From positions 1 through 44,464 of IMG/VR virus record IMGVR_UViG_3300005573_000143: a stretch of 44,464 bases of DNA. One strand, written 5' to 3'. Below the pieces are notes generated by a model, which had not been told where the DNA came from, ran no database searches, and saw only the letters and a list, made by a program, of their open reading frames with translations. The stretch is from a virus. Taxonomy: Duplodnaviria; Caudoviricetes. The stretch's first letter is position 1; each line of letters starts with the position of its first letter. Shown piece by piece: positions 35,066-44,464 of the stretch. The translations under genes were made by a program, and so were the position numbers.

Positions 35066-38000
35066 TTAACCTCCTAAGAAATTTTTAAAAAACTGTTTTA
35101 AATAAGAAGCTTTCTCTTTTTGTGATATTTTCCCTTCATCTCCTGCAGTTTTTATCATCATTAAAATTCCTTTCGCTCTATTTCTTATAACTTCAGCATC
35201 ATATTTTGACATTTTTTTACCTGATAGTAATAATCCTTTAATTTTATTAATCCATGCATTGAAATTTATTAATTCATCCATAATATCTTTTCGAGCGTCT
35301 TTACTTGCATATATTTTAGAAACATATGAATCATATGGAATAGTATTACCTATAAAGAATGTAGTTAATAATCTTACCCAAGATTTAGGATTAGTAGCTA
35401 TAGAATCTGGCCTAATATCAAAGGCCTGATTGGCAGTAGTTAAGACTCTCCAATCATCTAATATTGTTTTTAATTTTGGACTCATATAAAATCCAAGATA
35501 ATTTACAAGTTCTCCTTTACTTTTCATTAAATCTTGTTTAGTAACAAAACTTCTATTAGTTAAAATTTCAACTGGAGTTTTAATTAAAGGCGTAACATCA
35601 CTTACAATATCATCAATTGTGTTTTTTAAATGATTATCATTTATTGTTCTTACTATTCTTGTTAAATCAAATACAGGAAAAAATCCTTCTACTAAAAAAT
35701 AATTTGCTTTTCCCAAATCGCTTGAGGTTTTTATTTTAGCTTTTGTTTTAAGAAATTCTGTTTGCATTCTTTCATCTATTTTTTCTTCAGATGGTCTTGT
35801 TTTATTTGCAGATTTCCATAATTTAAAAATCATTCTATTAGGAGAAGAAAAAATATTGGATATTTGTAAAGGCAAATTTTTTCTTGTCCAGGTAAAAAAT
35901 GGTATAACTCTTTTTATTGCTTTTTCTGCTTGAGTTAAATCACTATAATCAAATAGGGCTTTCCAAACAGTTTTTATAGCTTCATCATAACTCTTTCCTT
36001 CTAATACTTCATACATAAACAAACCAAACTTATTTGTCTTTTCCATTAATTCGGACAATTTGGCTGGGGGTAAATTTCTAAACCAATTACTCCATTTATC
36101 TAATGTATTACTTAAATTTTCTACTGTTTTACCAATAAAACTTCTTGCAATATTTTCTCTAAATTCTAATCTGTGAGTATCCATTGCTCTAAAAGTAACA
36201 CCTGTCCCACCACGTGCTCTAAATTCTTTGAATATAGTTTGAATATCTAAATATTTACCAGATTGTGTAATAACCTTATAGTTCTGTCCCATCATTGCAA
36301 AAATGGCGTCTTTATGTGCTGCAAGTAATTTTGATGGTTTTTTTACAACTAAAATTGAATTTAATAAATTTCCTAAAGTATTTCTAATACCAGTTTGAAT
36401 ATGTGTTGATAAAGTTGTAGCTTTCCAAAAATTAGAAAAATCATTTATAAAATTACTCAATATACCCAATTGTTTACTATTTCTCGTATAATTCCAGGTA
36501 TTTTCTATAACTGTAGCCACATCTGGATCAAAATATTTATTAAATCCTGCTATTGGTTTTCCTTCAAAAGTAGGAATTCTCCAATTAGGTTGTTCTTTAA
36601 ATTTACTGCCAAACTTAGAAACTTCATCAAATAATACTTGTTGTTCTATAGTTCTTGCCATTCTACCGCCACGAATTTGTACTAATTTTGGAACATCCGT
36701 AGAAAAGAAATCAATATTTTTACCTCTAAATTTATCAAAATCATTCGCAAGTCTTAATAATCCTTCCGCTTTTTCTGCACTTTCTCCATGTGCCATAGTT
36801 CTTAAATAATCTGCAAAACTTCCTTTATTTATCTCTTCATTAATTTCATTTATTGTCCCTTGCCATCCTCTTTTTCTTTTAGACACATTTGTTATATATG
36901 ATTTAAATCCTTCAGAAAAATAACCTCTACTTTTACCAGAAAAAGTTTGATATATTTTCTTGGCTTCAGGTGTCATAACATGCGTCAAATATGCTATATT
37001 AGATAATAATTCTTCATTCATATTATTATCCAATATATTCATTCCATTTGTATTACGCAACATGTTTCTCAATTTATTTTCATATACTTGTAAATCAGGA
37101 GAAAAAGGATTGCTTTTAAATAATTTACTATAACTATTACTAATATTACTCCAATTGTCTATTTGTTCTTTTGTAGCAAACAATGGCTTTATTTTATCCC
37201 CACTAAATTTTGCTTCATTAATAATAAAATCATTGAAAACATCTTTAATATTATTAAGTATTTTAAATTCTTCTGAATCTTTTGCAATATTATATTTTTT
37301 TATCGCTTCCCAGGGTCTTTCTATTAAATCAGTTATAACATTATTAATAGTTTTATTATTCTTATTTATATATTCTATTATACTTTTATTGCTTTTTAAT
37401 AAAGGAACTAATTGTGTATCTATTTGCTTCTTAATTGTATTTCCAATATTTTGAACTTCATCTAAAACACCAGTCTTCATTAATCTTGCTTTCTCAATAC
37501 CAGCTTTATATTCTAATGGAACATCTGATTGAAATATTTTTCTAATCCCAGTTTTTTCTTTAAAATTATGAATAATATTATTAAATTTATCATCTGCTTT
37601 TTGAGCCATTTGAAATATTTTGCTTTTATTTATTTTTTCAGCTTGCTTTAAAACATCATCAGTTTTCCACATTGCCTTTAAAATTTGACCAGCTTCTTCT
37701 TTTAAACCATGATTAGAAAGAAAATCACTGGATTTTTTTAAAACTTCAAATACTGTATTTTTAGGAATTTTTTTGGGATATAATTTTAATAAATCATCTA
37801 TATCATTTATTAATTTTAAAGAATCTGGAAATTTATTTAATAAACTTCTTGTAGTAGTTAAAGTTGTAGCTAATACATTTCCAAGTTCTCCACTTTTTTC
37901 TATTTCACTAATTGTTTTTGCTTCTTTAAAAGATTTAATTGGAGAGCCAATAACTTCTAAAGTTTTACCTAATTTTCCTAACCATCCAGTTCCTTTAGAA

Positions 38001-38734
38001 ATTGCAGTAGCAGCCTTTCCTCCTGCAGAAGCCAAAACAAAAGGGTCTAAAACAAGATTACTCATAAATCCAAGAATAGCATATTTATTATCAAAATCTT
38101 TTAATTTTGATGTTTCATCTGAAGTAAGAGGAATTCCCTCTTGTGCTTTCTTTGTTATTTTTTGTATTTCTTCATTTGTTCCATATTGTCGTAAAGTTTC
38201 TTCCCAACCACTTCCACCCCATATAGGAACTTTATCTGGATTCTCTGCAAATACTTTTGCAAGTGCATTAGATGGAATACTCAATACATTTGCTATAGCA
38301 TTTAAACCTTCAACTACAGGATTTTTATTTAAAAGTTCATCTGGATTAATATTTTTATCAAGAAGATAATTTCGAACTGCATATAATCCTTTTCTTATTT
38401 TTAATTTCGTCGGTATATCAGCTGGTTCATAAGTATAAATATTATAAATATCTTTATATGCCTGTTCTGGATTCTCATCTATTTTTTTCTTTATTTCATC
38501 ATTTAATTCTATTGGTTGAAAATCAGAATCTGATTCTATTGATTCAGGATTTATATTAATTTTACTTTTTAATTCATTCAATAATTCTCTTCCACCCTCA
38601 ATTCTGGTTAAATCATTATCCGTTTCCGATAATACTGTTAATTCTTTAAGAGCCTGAATTGGATTTTTATTAATCAAATCTATAAATTGTTGAAATTGTG
38701 GACTTTCTTTTATACTATTAATATCGATTTTCAT
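35066..38734 (-). CDS. Large internal virion (ejection) protein
   Basis: 1222 aa, helical; ALFDYSDLT..EK.IKRVIPFFTWTRKNLP motif typical of podophage large ejection proteins; last of the pilot genes. Confidence 0.7.
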   Translation of the reverse strand: MKIDINSIKESPQFQQFIDLINKNPIQALKELTVLSETDNDLTRIEGGRELLNELKSKININPESIESDSDFQPIELNDEIKKKIDENPEQAYKDIYNIYTYEPADIPTKLKIRKGLYAVRNYLLDKNINPDELLNKNPVVEGLNAIANVLSIPSNALAKVFAENPDKVPIWGGSGWEETLRQYGTNEEIQKITKKAQEGIPLTSDETSKLKDFDNKYAILGFMSNLVLDPFVLASAGGKAATAISKGTGWLGKLGKTLEVIGSPIKSFKEAKTISEIEKSGELGNVLATTLTTTRSLLNKFPDSLKLINDIDDLLKLYPKKIPKNTVFEVLKKSSDFLSNHGLKEEAGQILKAMWKTDDVLKQAEKINKSKIFQMAQKADDKFNNIIHNFKEKTGIRKIFQSDVPLEYKAGIEKARLMKTGVLDEVQNIGNTIKKQIDTQLVPLLKSNKSIIEYINKNNKTINNVITDLIERPWEAIKKYNIAKDSEEFKILNNIKDVFNDFIINEAKFSGDKIKPLFATKEQIDNWSNISNSYSKLFKSNPFSPDLQVYENKLRNMLRNTNGMNILDNNMNEELLSNIAYLTHVMTPEAKKIYQTFSGKSRGYFSEGFKSYITNVSKRKRGWQGTINEINEEINKGSFADYLRTMAHGESAEKAEGLLRLANDFDKFRGKNIDFFSTDVPKLVQIRGGRMARTIEQQVLFDEVSKFGSKFKEQPNWRIPTFEGKPIAGFNKYFDPDVATVIENTWNYTRNSKQLGILSNFINDFSNFWKATTLSTHIQTGIRNTLGNLLNSILVVKKPSKLLAAHKDAIFAMMGQNYKVITQSGKYLDIQTIFKEFRARGGTGVTFRAMDTHRLEFRENIARSFIGKTVENLSNTLDKWSNWFRNLPPAKLSELMEKTNKFGLFMYEVLEGKSYDEAIKTVWKALFDYSDLTQAEKAIKRVIPFFTWTRKNLPLQISNIFSSPNRMIFKLWKSANKTRPSEEKIDERMQTEFLKTKAKIKTSSDLGKANYFLVEGFFPVFDLTRIVRTINDNHLKNTIDDIVSDVTPLIKTPVEILTNRSFVTKQDLMKSKGELVNYLGFYMSPKLKTILDDWRVLTTANQAFDIRPDSIATNPKSWVRLLTTFFIGNTIPYDSYVSKIYASKDARKDIMDELINFNAWINKIKGLLLSGKKMSKYDAEVIRNRAKGILMMIKTAGDEGKISQKEKASYLKQFFKNFLGG

Positions 38735-38735
38735 A

Positions 38736-40049
38736 TTATTTCTTATTTCCTAATAATTGTAATAATCCTTGTGCTATATCAGAAGACATTGCGCCACTTT
38801 GTAATTGTTTTTGAACATATGCCTGTGCACCTGCTCTATCCCAAATTCCTTCATGTTCATATCTTCTTTTTAAATCTAATATAGCTTGTTCTAATTCTGT
38901 TGTTTCTTTATGTTCTGGAGTCAAACCTTGAGAAGTATATTGATATTGTTGGTCTGCCCACTTAGATTCTAATGCTTCCTTTTGACTTTTTAAATCAAGA
39001 TATTGCTGATAATTCTGTAATTGTTTATTATATTCCTGTAATTGTTGCTGATAAGCCTCTTGAGCTTCTGGAGAAGATATTGTTGGTTGTATTGGAGCAG
39101 TGGGTTTTTGAGGTTCTGGTTGTTGAGATAATTGTTGTTGTATTTGTTCATATTTATTTTTATCTTGTTCATATTCTGGGACTTGTGATCTAAAACGAGC
39201 CCCATAAGTCTGTTCAGCTTCTGGTGCTATGTTTTTATCAAATTCTCTTTTTCCCATTTCTTGGGACATTTTTTTACCTAAGTAATTTAATCCACCTTCA
39301 GTTAAACCTTTTAATATAGAAGCTCCTATCGAACCCACAACATCTGTTGGTTTATAAGTTTGAAATACTATATTAGGTTCTTTTCCCATAATCATTGACA
39401 TTCTTAATCTTTTATATTCTTCAGGCAGTTCTACTTGAGGTGCTAATGTTGGAAAAGAACTCTTTTTTTCCTGAACAGCAGGCTGATTTATTGTTTGTTT
39501 CCCAACATCCTCTATTTTTTTAGGTATTCTAATAAGTTCATAATTCCCCATTTTATAAGGAAACTTTTCTTTAGGTTTAGAACCTGTAATAAAATAATTA
39601 AAAGCTTCTTTTAAATATGCTTGAAGTGTATCTGTTGCTTTAAATTGTCCTATTTTTTCACTTCCTTCTGGAAGATTAAACTGTCCCGTTGGTACTGTTC
39701 CTTCAGGCACTGCAAGATAATAATATTTATCAAAATCTGGAGGAGAAGAAGAAGGGGATAATCCAGCTCTTTCATATGCGAATTCATCTACTGGGAAAAT
39801 TCCTTGTTTTCTGTAATCTTCATTTTTTATTATATCTTCAAAAATAAGAGCACGATTAATATAGTCATTTAATGTTTTTTTATCAGTTGGAATTTTATAT
39901 TCACCTGTTATTTGATAATTTCTATAAAGAACTCCATCATATATTTTTTCTGCTTTCTGTTTTTTTTCTTCTTTAGTCAAATTTCCAGGTATTCTATTCA
40001 TTATAAATTTTAATACATCTGAATTTCTTTCTAATTGTGTGATAGACAT
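38736..40049 (-). CDS. Putative internal virion protein
   Basis: Gln/Pro-rich, helical; position in the ejection cluster. Confidence 0.6.
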   Translation of the reverse strand: MSITQLERNSDVLKFIMNRIPGNLTKEEKKQKAEKIYDGVLYRNYQITGEYKIPTDKKTLNDYINRALIFEDIIKNEDYRKQGIFPVDEFAYERAGLSPSSSPPDFDKYYYLAVPEGTVPTGQFNLPEGSEKIGQFKATDTLQAYLKEAFNYFITGSKPKEKFPYKMGNYELIRIPKKIEDVGKQTINQPAVQEKKSSFPTLAPQVELPEEYKRLRMSMIMGKEPNIVFQTYKPTDVVGSIGASILKGLTEGGLNYLGKKMSQEMGKREFDKNIAPEAEQTYGARFRSQVPEYEQDKNKYEQIQQQLSQQPEPQKPTAPIQPTISSPEAQEAYQQQLQEYNKQLQNYQQYLDLKSQKEALESKWADQQYQYTSQGLTPEHKETTELEQAILDLKRRYEHEGIWDRAGAQAYVQKQLQSGAMSSDIAQGLLQLLGNKK

Positions 40050-40076
40050 TTTTTCCTCCTTTTTATATTATTTGGT

Positions 40077-40769
40077 CTATTTTTTCTGTAGTAGCGAAAG
40101 AAGATATTCAGTTCCTCCCTTTGCTACCAATCCCAAAGCTTGCTGTAAAAATCCATCTGGCATTTGAGCTAATTGTTGAGATAAATATTGCTGTTGTTGC
40201 ATAGATAATCCAGTAGCAGCAATGCGTTGATTTAAACTATCTAAAATCGAAGCACGATCCATTTCTGTTAACTGTGTAGCATATTGTTGTTTTCTTCCAA
40301 GTTCAGTGCCTGCTTTTTGATAAGCCAATTCTTTTTCTCCTTTTATTGCAGAAGTTAAAGTTTGTCCGCCTTGTCTTTGTATAGCCTCATATTTTCCCAT
40401 GATTTCTCCAATATTAGGATTTTGTCCTTGTAATTGTGCTTGTCGTGCCATTCTTAATCCTTGCGTTTGAGCCTGAAGTGCTTCGTCTTGTAATTGTTGT
40501 TGCATTAATCTTAAATAATCTTTATCTATATATTTATTTTGAACATCTTTAGCTTCTAATAATCTTCCATATTGGTCTGTTGCTCCTTGCTTATACATTT
40601 CTTGTTCTAATTCTGCTCTTAAATTTTGTAATCTATTAAGTAGATTTTGATATTGTGGGCTTCCAGGGCCTAGAGTAGCTATGGTTCTTTGTAATTCATC
40701 AATTTGACTTTGTAATTGTTGTTTTCTTTCTGTATCTCCAAAAAGAAATTTTTCAAATTCACTTGCCAT
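40077..40769 (-). CDS. Putative DNA pilot/ejection protein
   Basis: Gln/Ala/Gly-rich helical protein following the nozzle gene. Confidence 0.6.
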   Translation of the reverse strand: MASEFEKFLFGDTERKQQLQSQIDELQRTIATLGPGSPQYQNLLNRLQNLRAELEQEMYKQGATDQYGRLLEAKDVQNKYIDKDYLRLMQQQLQDEALQAQTQGLRMARQAQLQGQNPNIGEIMGKYEAIQRQGGQTLTSAIKGEKELAYQKAGTELGRKQQYATQLTEMDRASILDSLNQRIAATGLSMQQQQYLSQQLAQMPDGFLQQALGLVAKGGTEYLLSLLQKK

Positions 40770-40781
40770 ATATTCCTCCTA

Positions 40782-41477
40782 TTATCTTAATCCAGCAAGA
40801 TAATTTGTTCCGCTATAAAGACTTTGTTGTCTTCGTTGATTTATTAAATTTTGTATAGCATTTTCTCTATCAAATTTTACAGAATAAGCTTGTGTTTGAG
40901 CTTGTGTATAAGGTTGTTCATATCCAGTTTCCAATTCTGTTTGTAAAGTTCCCTGTATAGAATCTTTTACACTCTGAATATAACTTTGTATAGAATCCCT
41001 GGCTGTTATTGCGTCTTGCCTAAGTTGTTCTTTTACTACAGTATCATCTTCTCGTCCAGTACGTATGTATCCTATAAGCTTCCATTTCTTGTCTTCGCTT
41101 TGCCACCAACCATATACATTAGATACTGTACTCCAATCAGCCATAAAATTTATTGCGTCATTAACTAATGCAGCACCACCATGACTTTCATAAAAAGCTT
41201 TAACCCCAGGATGAACCACGAACTCATCGTAAAGTAATTTTATAGTAGAAAAACTGCCTACAAAATTCCCATTATCGTCTATAACTCTTTTATAACCTCC
41301 AGTATAACCATAAGGAGCATTCATTTCTTCTTCTATTTTTTGTTTTAATTTTTCATTTAAAGTTTTTTCTAATTCTTCCTTTTTAGTCAAATATGCTTGT
41401 TGCTTATTATAATATTCTGCTTGTAAGTTTGGTAAGTTTTGTTCTATTTCATAGATAGAACTTGTGTTATTTTCCAT
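40782..41477 (-). CDS. Putative virion protein
   Basis: AGGAGG RBS; between the nozzle and pilot genes. Confidence 0.6.
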   Translation of the reverse strand: MENNTSSIYEIEQNLPNLQAEYYNKQQAYLTKKEELEKTLNEKLKQKIEEEMNAPYGYTGGYKRVIDDNGNFVGSFSTIKLLYDEFVVHPGVKAFYESHGGAALVNDAINFMADWSTVSNVYGWWQSEDKKWKLIGYIRTGREDDTVVKEQLRQDAITARDSIQSYIQSVKDSIQGTLQTELETGYEQPYTQAQTQAYSVKFDRENAIQNLINQRRQQSLYSGTNYLAGLR

Positions 41478-41491
41478 AAAAACCTCCTTTT

Positions 41492-44464
41492 TTAAATTAT
41501 ACCATCTTTTTCACTTTCCTCATTTATTACATCCATAGAAATTTGATGTAAAGTTGTAATAGTTTGATTTGTATCTGATAATCGTCCAAATTCTATTGTT
41601 ACTTCTATATCATTAAAATCTAATCCTAAAGGTGCTTTAAATTGACTAATTCCTAATACTGAATCTGGAGCTTCTTCAGATATTTTATAAATATCTGATA
41701 CATAACATTCATAAATTTGATTTTCATCGAAATCTCCATATTTCCTTATGTAAGTATATTGATTATTAATTAAACATTTTATTTTAATATAATCACAACC
41801 ATATACATTTTGAGAAATGTTTGCATTATTTATCAATTGGAATAATAATGTGTCCAATTTTTTAAGTGAAAAAATATTACCAAAACTTATTCTTTTTGTT
41901 GTAAATCTTCCAATTTTCTGTTCTGTTCCATCTTCTTCAGAAAATTCTGGTATTATTATTTTATTACCCACTCTTGCTATTAAATGTTCATTTAAATTAG
42001 AAATAAAATCATCATAACTGTAATTTAAATTATCTTGATAAGCATATATAGTATATGATAATTCATTGTAATTAAATACAGCAAAAGCTTTATTAAAAGT
42101 AATAGTAGTATCTGAAGAAACTCCATAATCTCCAGTTTTTAATATTGTAGTAATGGCAGACATTTTAGAAATATCAAGTGGGATATAAAGATTACCATTA
42201 ACCGTATCAACTCCTAATACATTACCAGCAGTTCTATGATATAAATATTGTTCAATAGGTTTTCCTATATTTGTTAATCCAGATGTATTTATCATCCATA
42301 CATTCTTTTTATTATAAATAAATGCCTGTTGTCCATTTCCTATTAAAGATTTAAAATTATCTTTTTCCAATCCAATATTGCTTGCCAAGAAAGATATTAC
42401 TAAATTATCTTCTGAAGTTCCTACTGCTATATAAATATCATTTTCACATACTATAACAATAATATTATTATTAATTTCCTGAATAGCTGTTGGTTTTGAA
42501 TTGAAATAAGCACTATTATAAAGATTCAAATATTTATATCCAGTAGAATAGTGCAAAGATTTTTTCTCATAATTTATAGCACACATTAAATCCACTGGAG
42601 ATATAGTCAAATCTTGTATTTCAAACAATACTTTATTTGATGTTTGCCAAAATGCATCCACAGAAAATAAGTCTCTTTCTGAATCACCGTGTTTAAAAAA
42701 TAATTTTCCATTAATTAAATAAACATCATTATCATTGGCAGAAATATTAAGATTATTAAATCTATAAGGTAACACATAATATTGAGATTCATCCATATCT
42801 GGATATACATTTTTCATTAAACTTTTATCTTGCGACCAAAATTTTAATATATAAGAAGATAATATACTATCTTTTGTTCCTTTAGATAATAAAATATATG
42901 GAACATATGAATCTAGTAAGCCAGAATTCATTAAATAAAAAATCCAGTATAAAAATGAATTTTGTTGAGAATCATCATTCAAAACAACTTGAGTACCACC
43001 ATCTATATCTATAGGGGTTCTGAAAAGTGAACCACTGGTGGCCACCATTTCATATTGTGTATGAATTTCATAAGAATTTACAGCAGTTGTTGAATATAAA
43101 ACATTTCCAACATCCGCAGAAAAATAAGGACGAATTGGAGTTTTTTTTGATTTATTAATTTCTGTTTGTATATATTCTTTTGAATTAGAAACTATACATC
43201 CTGCTATTAAACCTTCTGGGTCAGAAAAAGGAGAAATTTCACTATTATAAATTTCAGTAATTTCTGTTATATCTGATTCTTGCATTTGATTTCCAGTCAT
43301 TGTATATCGGATTAATTTCATCCCTTTTATTCCATAAATATAATGTTTATTATTATTATTTGATAAAGAGGCCGTTTTTGTTGTTACAATAAAAGTTTGA
43401 GTAGTTCCAATATATCCAACCTGTGCAGTATTAGGAATAGAAGTACCAACAGACATTCTTTCCATAGTTATAGTATTAGATGAACTACCAACTGTAAAAT
43501 CTATAACATCAAACTTTGAATTACCATCAACATCATAACAAGTTATCAAGGAATATCCTTTTATTGAAGGAACATTAATTTCATACATTTTATTTTGTAA
43601 TAGAGACATACCCACAAAAGAATCATAAGTAAAAGAATTAGCAATAGTAGCTGAAGAAATACATTGTGTTCCTATTGTTGCACTTTCTCTATAAGTGCCA
43701 TCTCCAGTTTTAGATATTACATAAACATCAATACTACGATTATTTGTAGCACATACAGAATATACAATACGAGTTTTATCATTAGTAAAAAATGAATCAA
43801 TTAATTTTAAAGCTTTTACAGATTTTGAGCTTAAATTTACATTTGCTACAACATAAGATAAAGTAGCAGAACTCATACATAATCTTGCTATTGCGTCATC
43901 ATTAGGAATATATATATCATATTCTATGTCTTCTAATGAAAGATAATAATCACTTTTATATACTCCATAAGCAAGCAATGACACATAATAATCATAATCG
44001 GATATAACTATAGAAGTTACATTAGATAAACTTGTTCCAATTCTTGTCCATGCCAAAGTATCATTTAAATAATAAACCCCTATATTTGTAGAACAAATAA
44101 ATTGGTCGGACATATTTTTTCCCATAAAGAAAACAGTAGCGGAATTTAATCCAGTTCCAAATTGTGTCCATGTTCCAGAATAAGCTGTTTGTTTAAATAT
44201 TCCATGTGATTCTGTACAAGCATATAAATCTGTTCCGTTATCATAAAGATATTTTATCGTATAAGAACTAATTCCTGTTCCCCAATCTGTCCATATATTA
44301 TCAACAAGTTTTTTAACTCCACCAGATTCTACTCCGATATAATAATCACTACCAACTTTAATTAAAGTATTAACATTAAGAAAATTATTCCCAGAGCCCA
44401 AGCAACTCCAATCTGAAGTTCCAGTTGTTAATTTCATAACAGACGGTGCTTTTAAAATTTTTAT
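41492..44464 (-). CDS. 3' part of the nozzle/tail protein (begins at 2395 across the junction)
   Basis: Further W..xG.G blades, then nozzle-like C-terminal motifs (SNIGL....SL......FIY.K..VW; FTTKRISFG.....KKL). Confidence 0.85.
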   Translation of the reverse strand: MKILKAPSVMKLTTGTSDWSCLGSGNNFLNVNTLIKVGSDYYIGVESGGVKKLVDNIWTDWGTGISSYTIKYLYDNGTDLYACTESHGIFKQTAYSGTWTQFGTGLNSATVFFMGKNMSDQFICSTNIGVYYLNDTLAWTRIGTSLSNVTSIVISDYDYYVSLLAYGVYKSDYYLSLEDIEYDIYIPNDDAIARLCMSSATLSYVVANVNLSSKSVKALKLIDSFFTNDKTRIVYSVCATNNRSIDVYVISKTGDGTYRESATIGTQCISSATIANSFTYDSFVGMSLLQNKMYEINVPSIKGYSLITCYDVDGNSKFDVIDFTVGSSSNTITMERMSVGTSIPNTAQVGYIGTTQTFIVTTKTASLSNNNNKHYIYGIKGMKLIRYTMTGNQMQESDITEITEIYNSEISPFSDPEGLIAGCIVSNSKEYIQTEINKSKKTPIRPYFSADVGNVLYSTTAVNSYEIHTQYEMVATSGSLFRTPIDIDGGTQVVLNDDSQQNSFLYWIFYLMNSGLLDSYVPYILLSKGTKDSILSSYILKFWSQDKSLMKNVYPDMDESQYYVLPYRFNNLNISANDNDVYLINGKLFFKHGDSERDLFSVDAFWQTSNKVLFEIQDLTISPVDLMCAINYEKKSLHYSTGYKYLNLYNSAYFNSKPTAIQEINNNIIVIVCENDIYIAVGTSEDNLVISFLASNIGLEKDNFKSLIGNGQQAFIYNKKNVWMINTSGLTNIGKPIEQYLYHRTAGNVLGVDTVNGNLYIPLDISKMSAITTILKTGDYGVSSDTTITFNKAFAVFNYNELSYTIYAYQDNLNYSYDDFISNLNEHLIARVGNKIIIPEFSEEDGTEQKIGRFTTKRISFGNIFSLKKLDTLLFQLINNANISQNVYGCDYIKIKCLINNQYTYIRKYGDFDENQIYECYVSDIYKISEEAPDSVLGISQFKAPLGLDFNDIEVTIEFGRLSDTNQTITTLHQISMDVINEESEKDGII
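44344..44464. repeat. Terminal overlap, right copy
   Basis: Identical to 1-121. Confidence 0.97.

Noticed and set aside
44344-44464. Biological terminal repeat
   Set aside because: It falls mid-gene and looks like an assembler k-mer overlap; the real ends cannot be inferred from it.
1-44464. Alternative genetic code
   Set aside because: Standard-code ORFs tile the genome densely with intact TerL, portal and capsid; the only apparent gap (1-2400) is explained by the junction-spanning gene.

Overview
The window is a complete, circularly assembled AT-rich tailed-phage genome of 44,343 bp: bases 1-121 repeat exactly at 44344-44464. It has two divergent arms around a non-coding control region (about 13.2-14.4 kb). 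The minus arm reads from 13220 leftward, through the junction, to 33391 and is a podovirus-type morphogenesis and lysis module: TerS, TerL, portal, scaffold, capsid, decoration protein, two glycosyltransferases, adaptor, a ~1748-aa nozzle/tail protein that spans the junction, ejection proteins and holin-like genes. The plus arm (14392-33398) holds a cassette-like accessory region, a Cas4-like nuclease, a lambda-O-like initiator with iterons, an Hjc-type resolvase, an Mgm101/Rad52-like annealase and two cell-wall enzymes. I recognised no integrase, repressor, DNA polymerase, reverse transcriptase, tRNA or CRISPR array. Four things stand out. (1) Seven DARPin-like ankyrin genes (47 repeats, ~12% of the genome) are built from shuffled nucleotide-level modules. 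(2) The tail beta-propeller has a nearly invariant DNA scaffold with hypervariable, reassorted loop codons. (3) Accessory genes are bracketed by a reusable set of hairpin, promoter and RBS repeats, and one cassette is exactly duplicated. (4) A GT10 fucosyltransferase-like gene and a GT-A gene sit inside the head operon. All functional calls come from motif recognition by eye; no database search was run.
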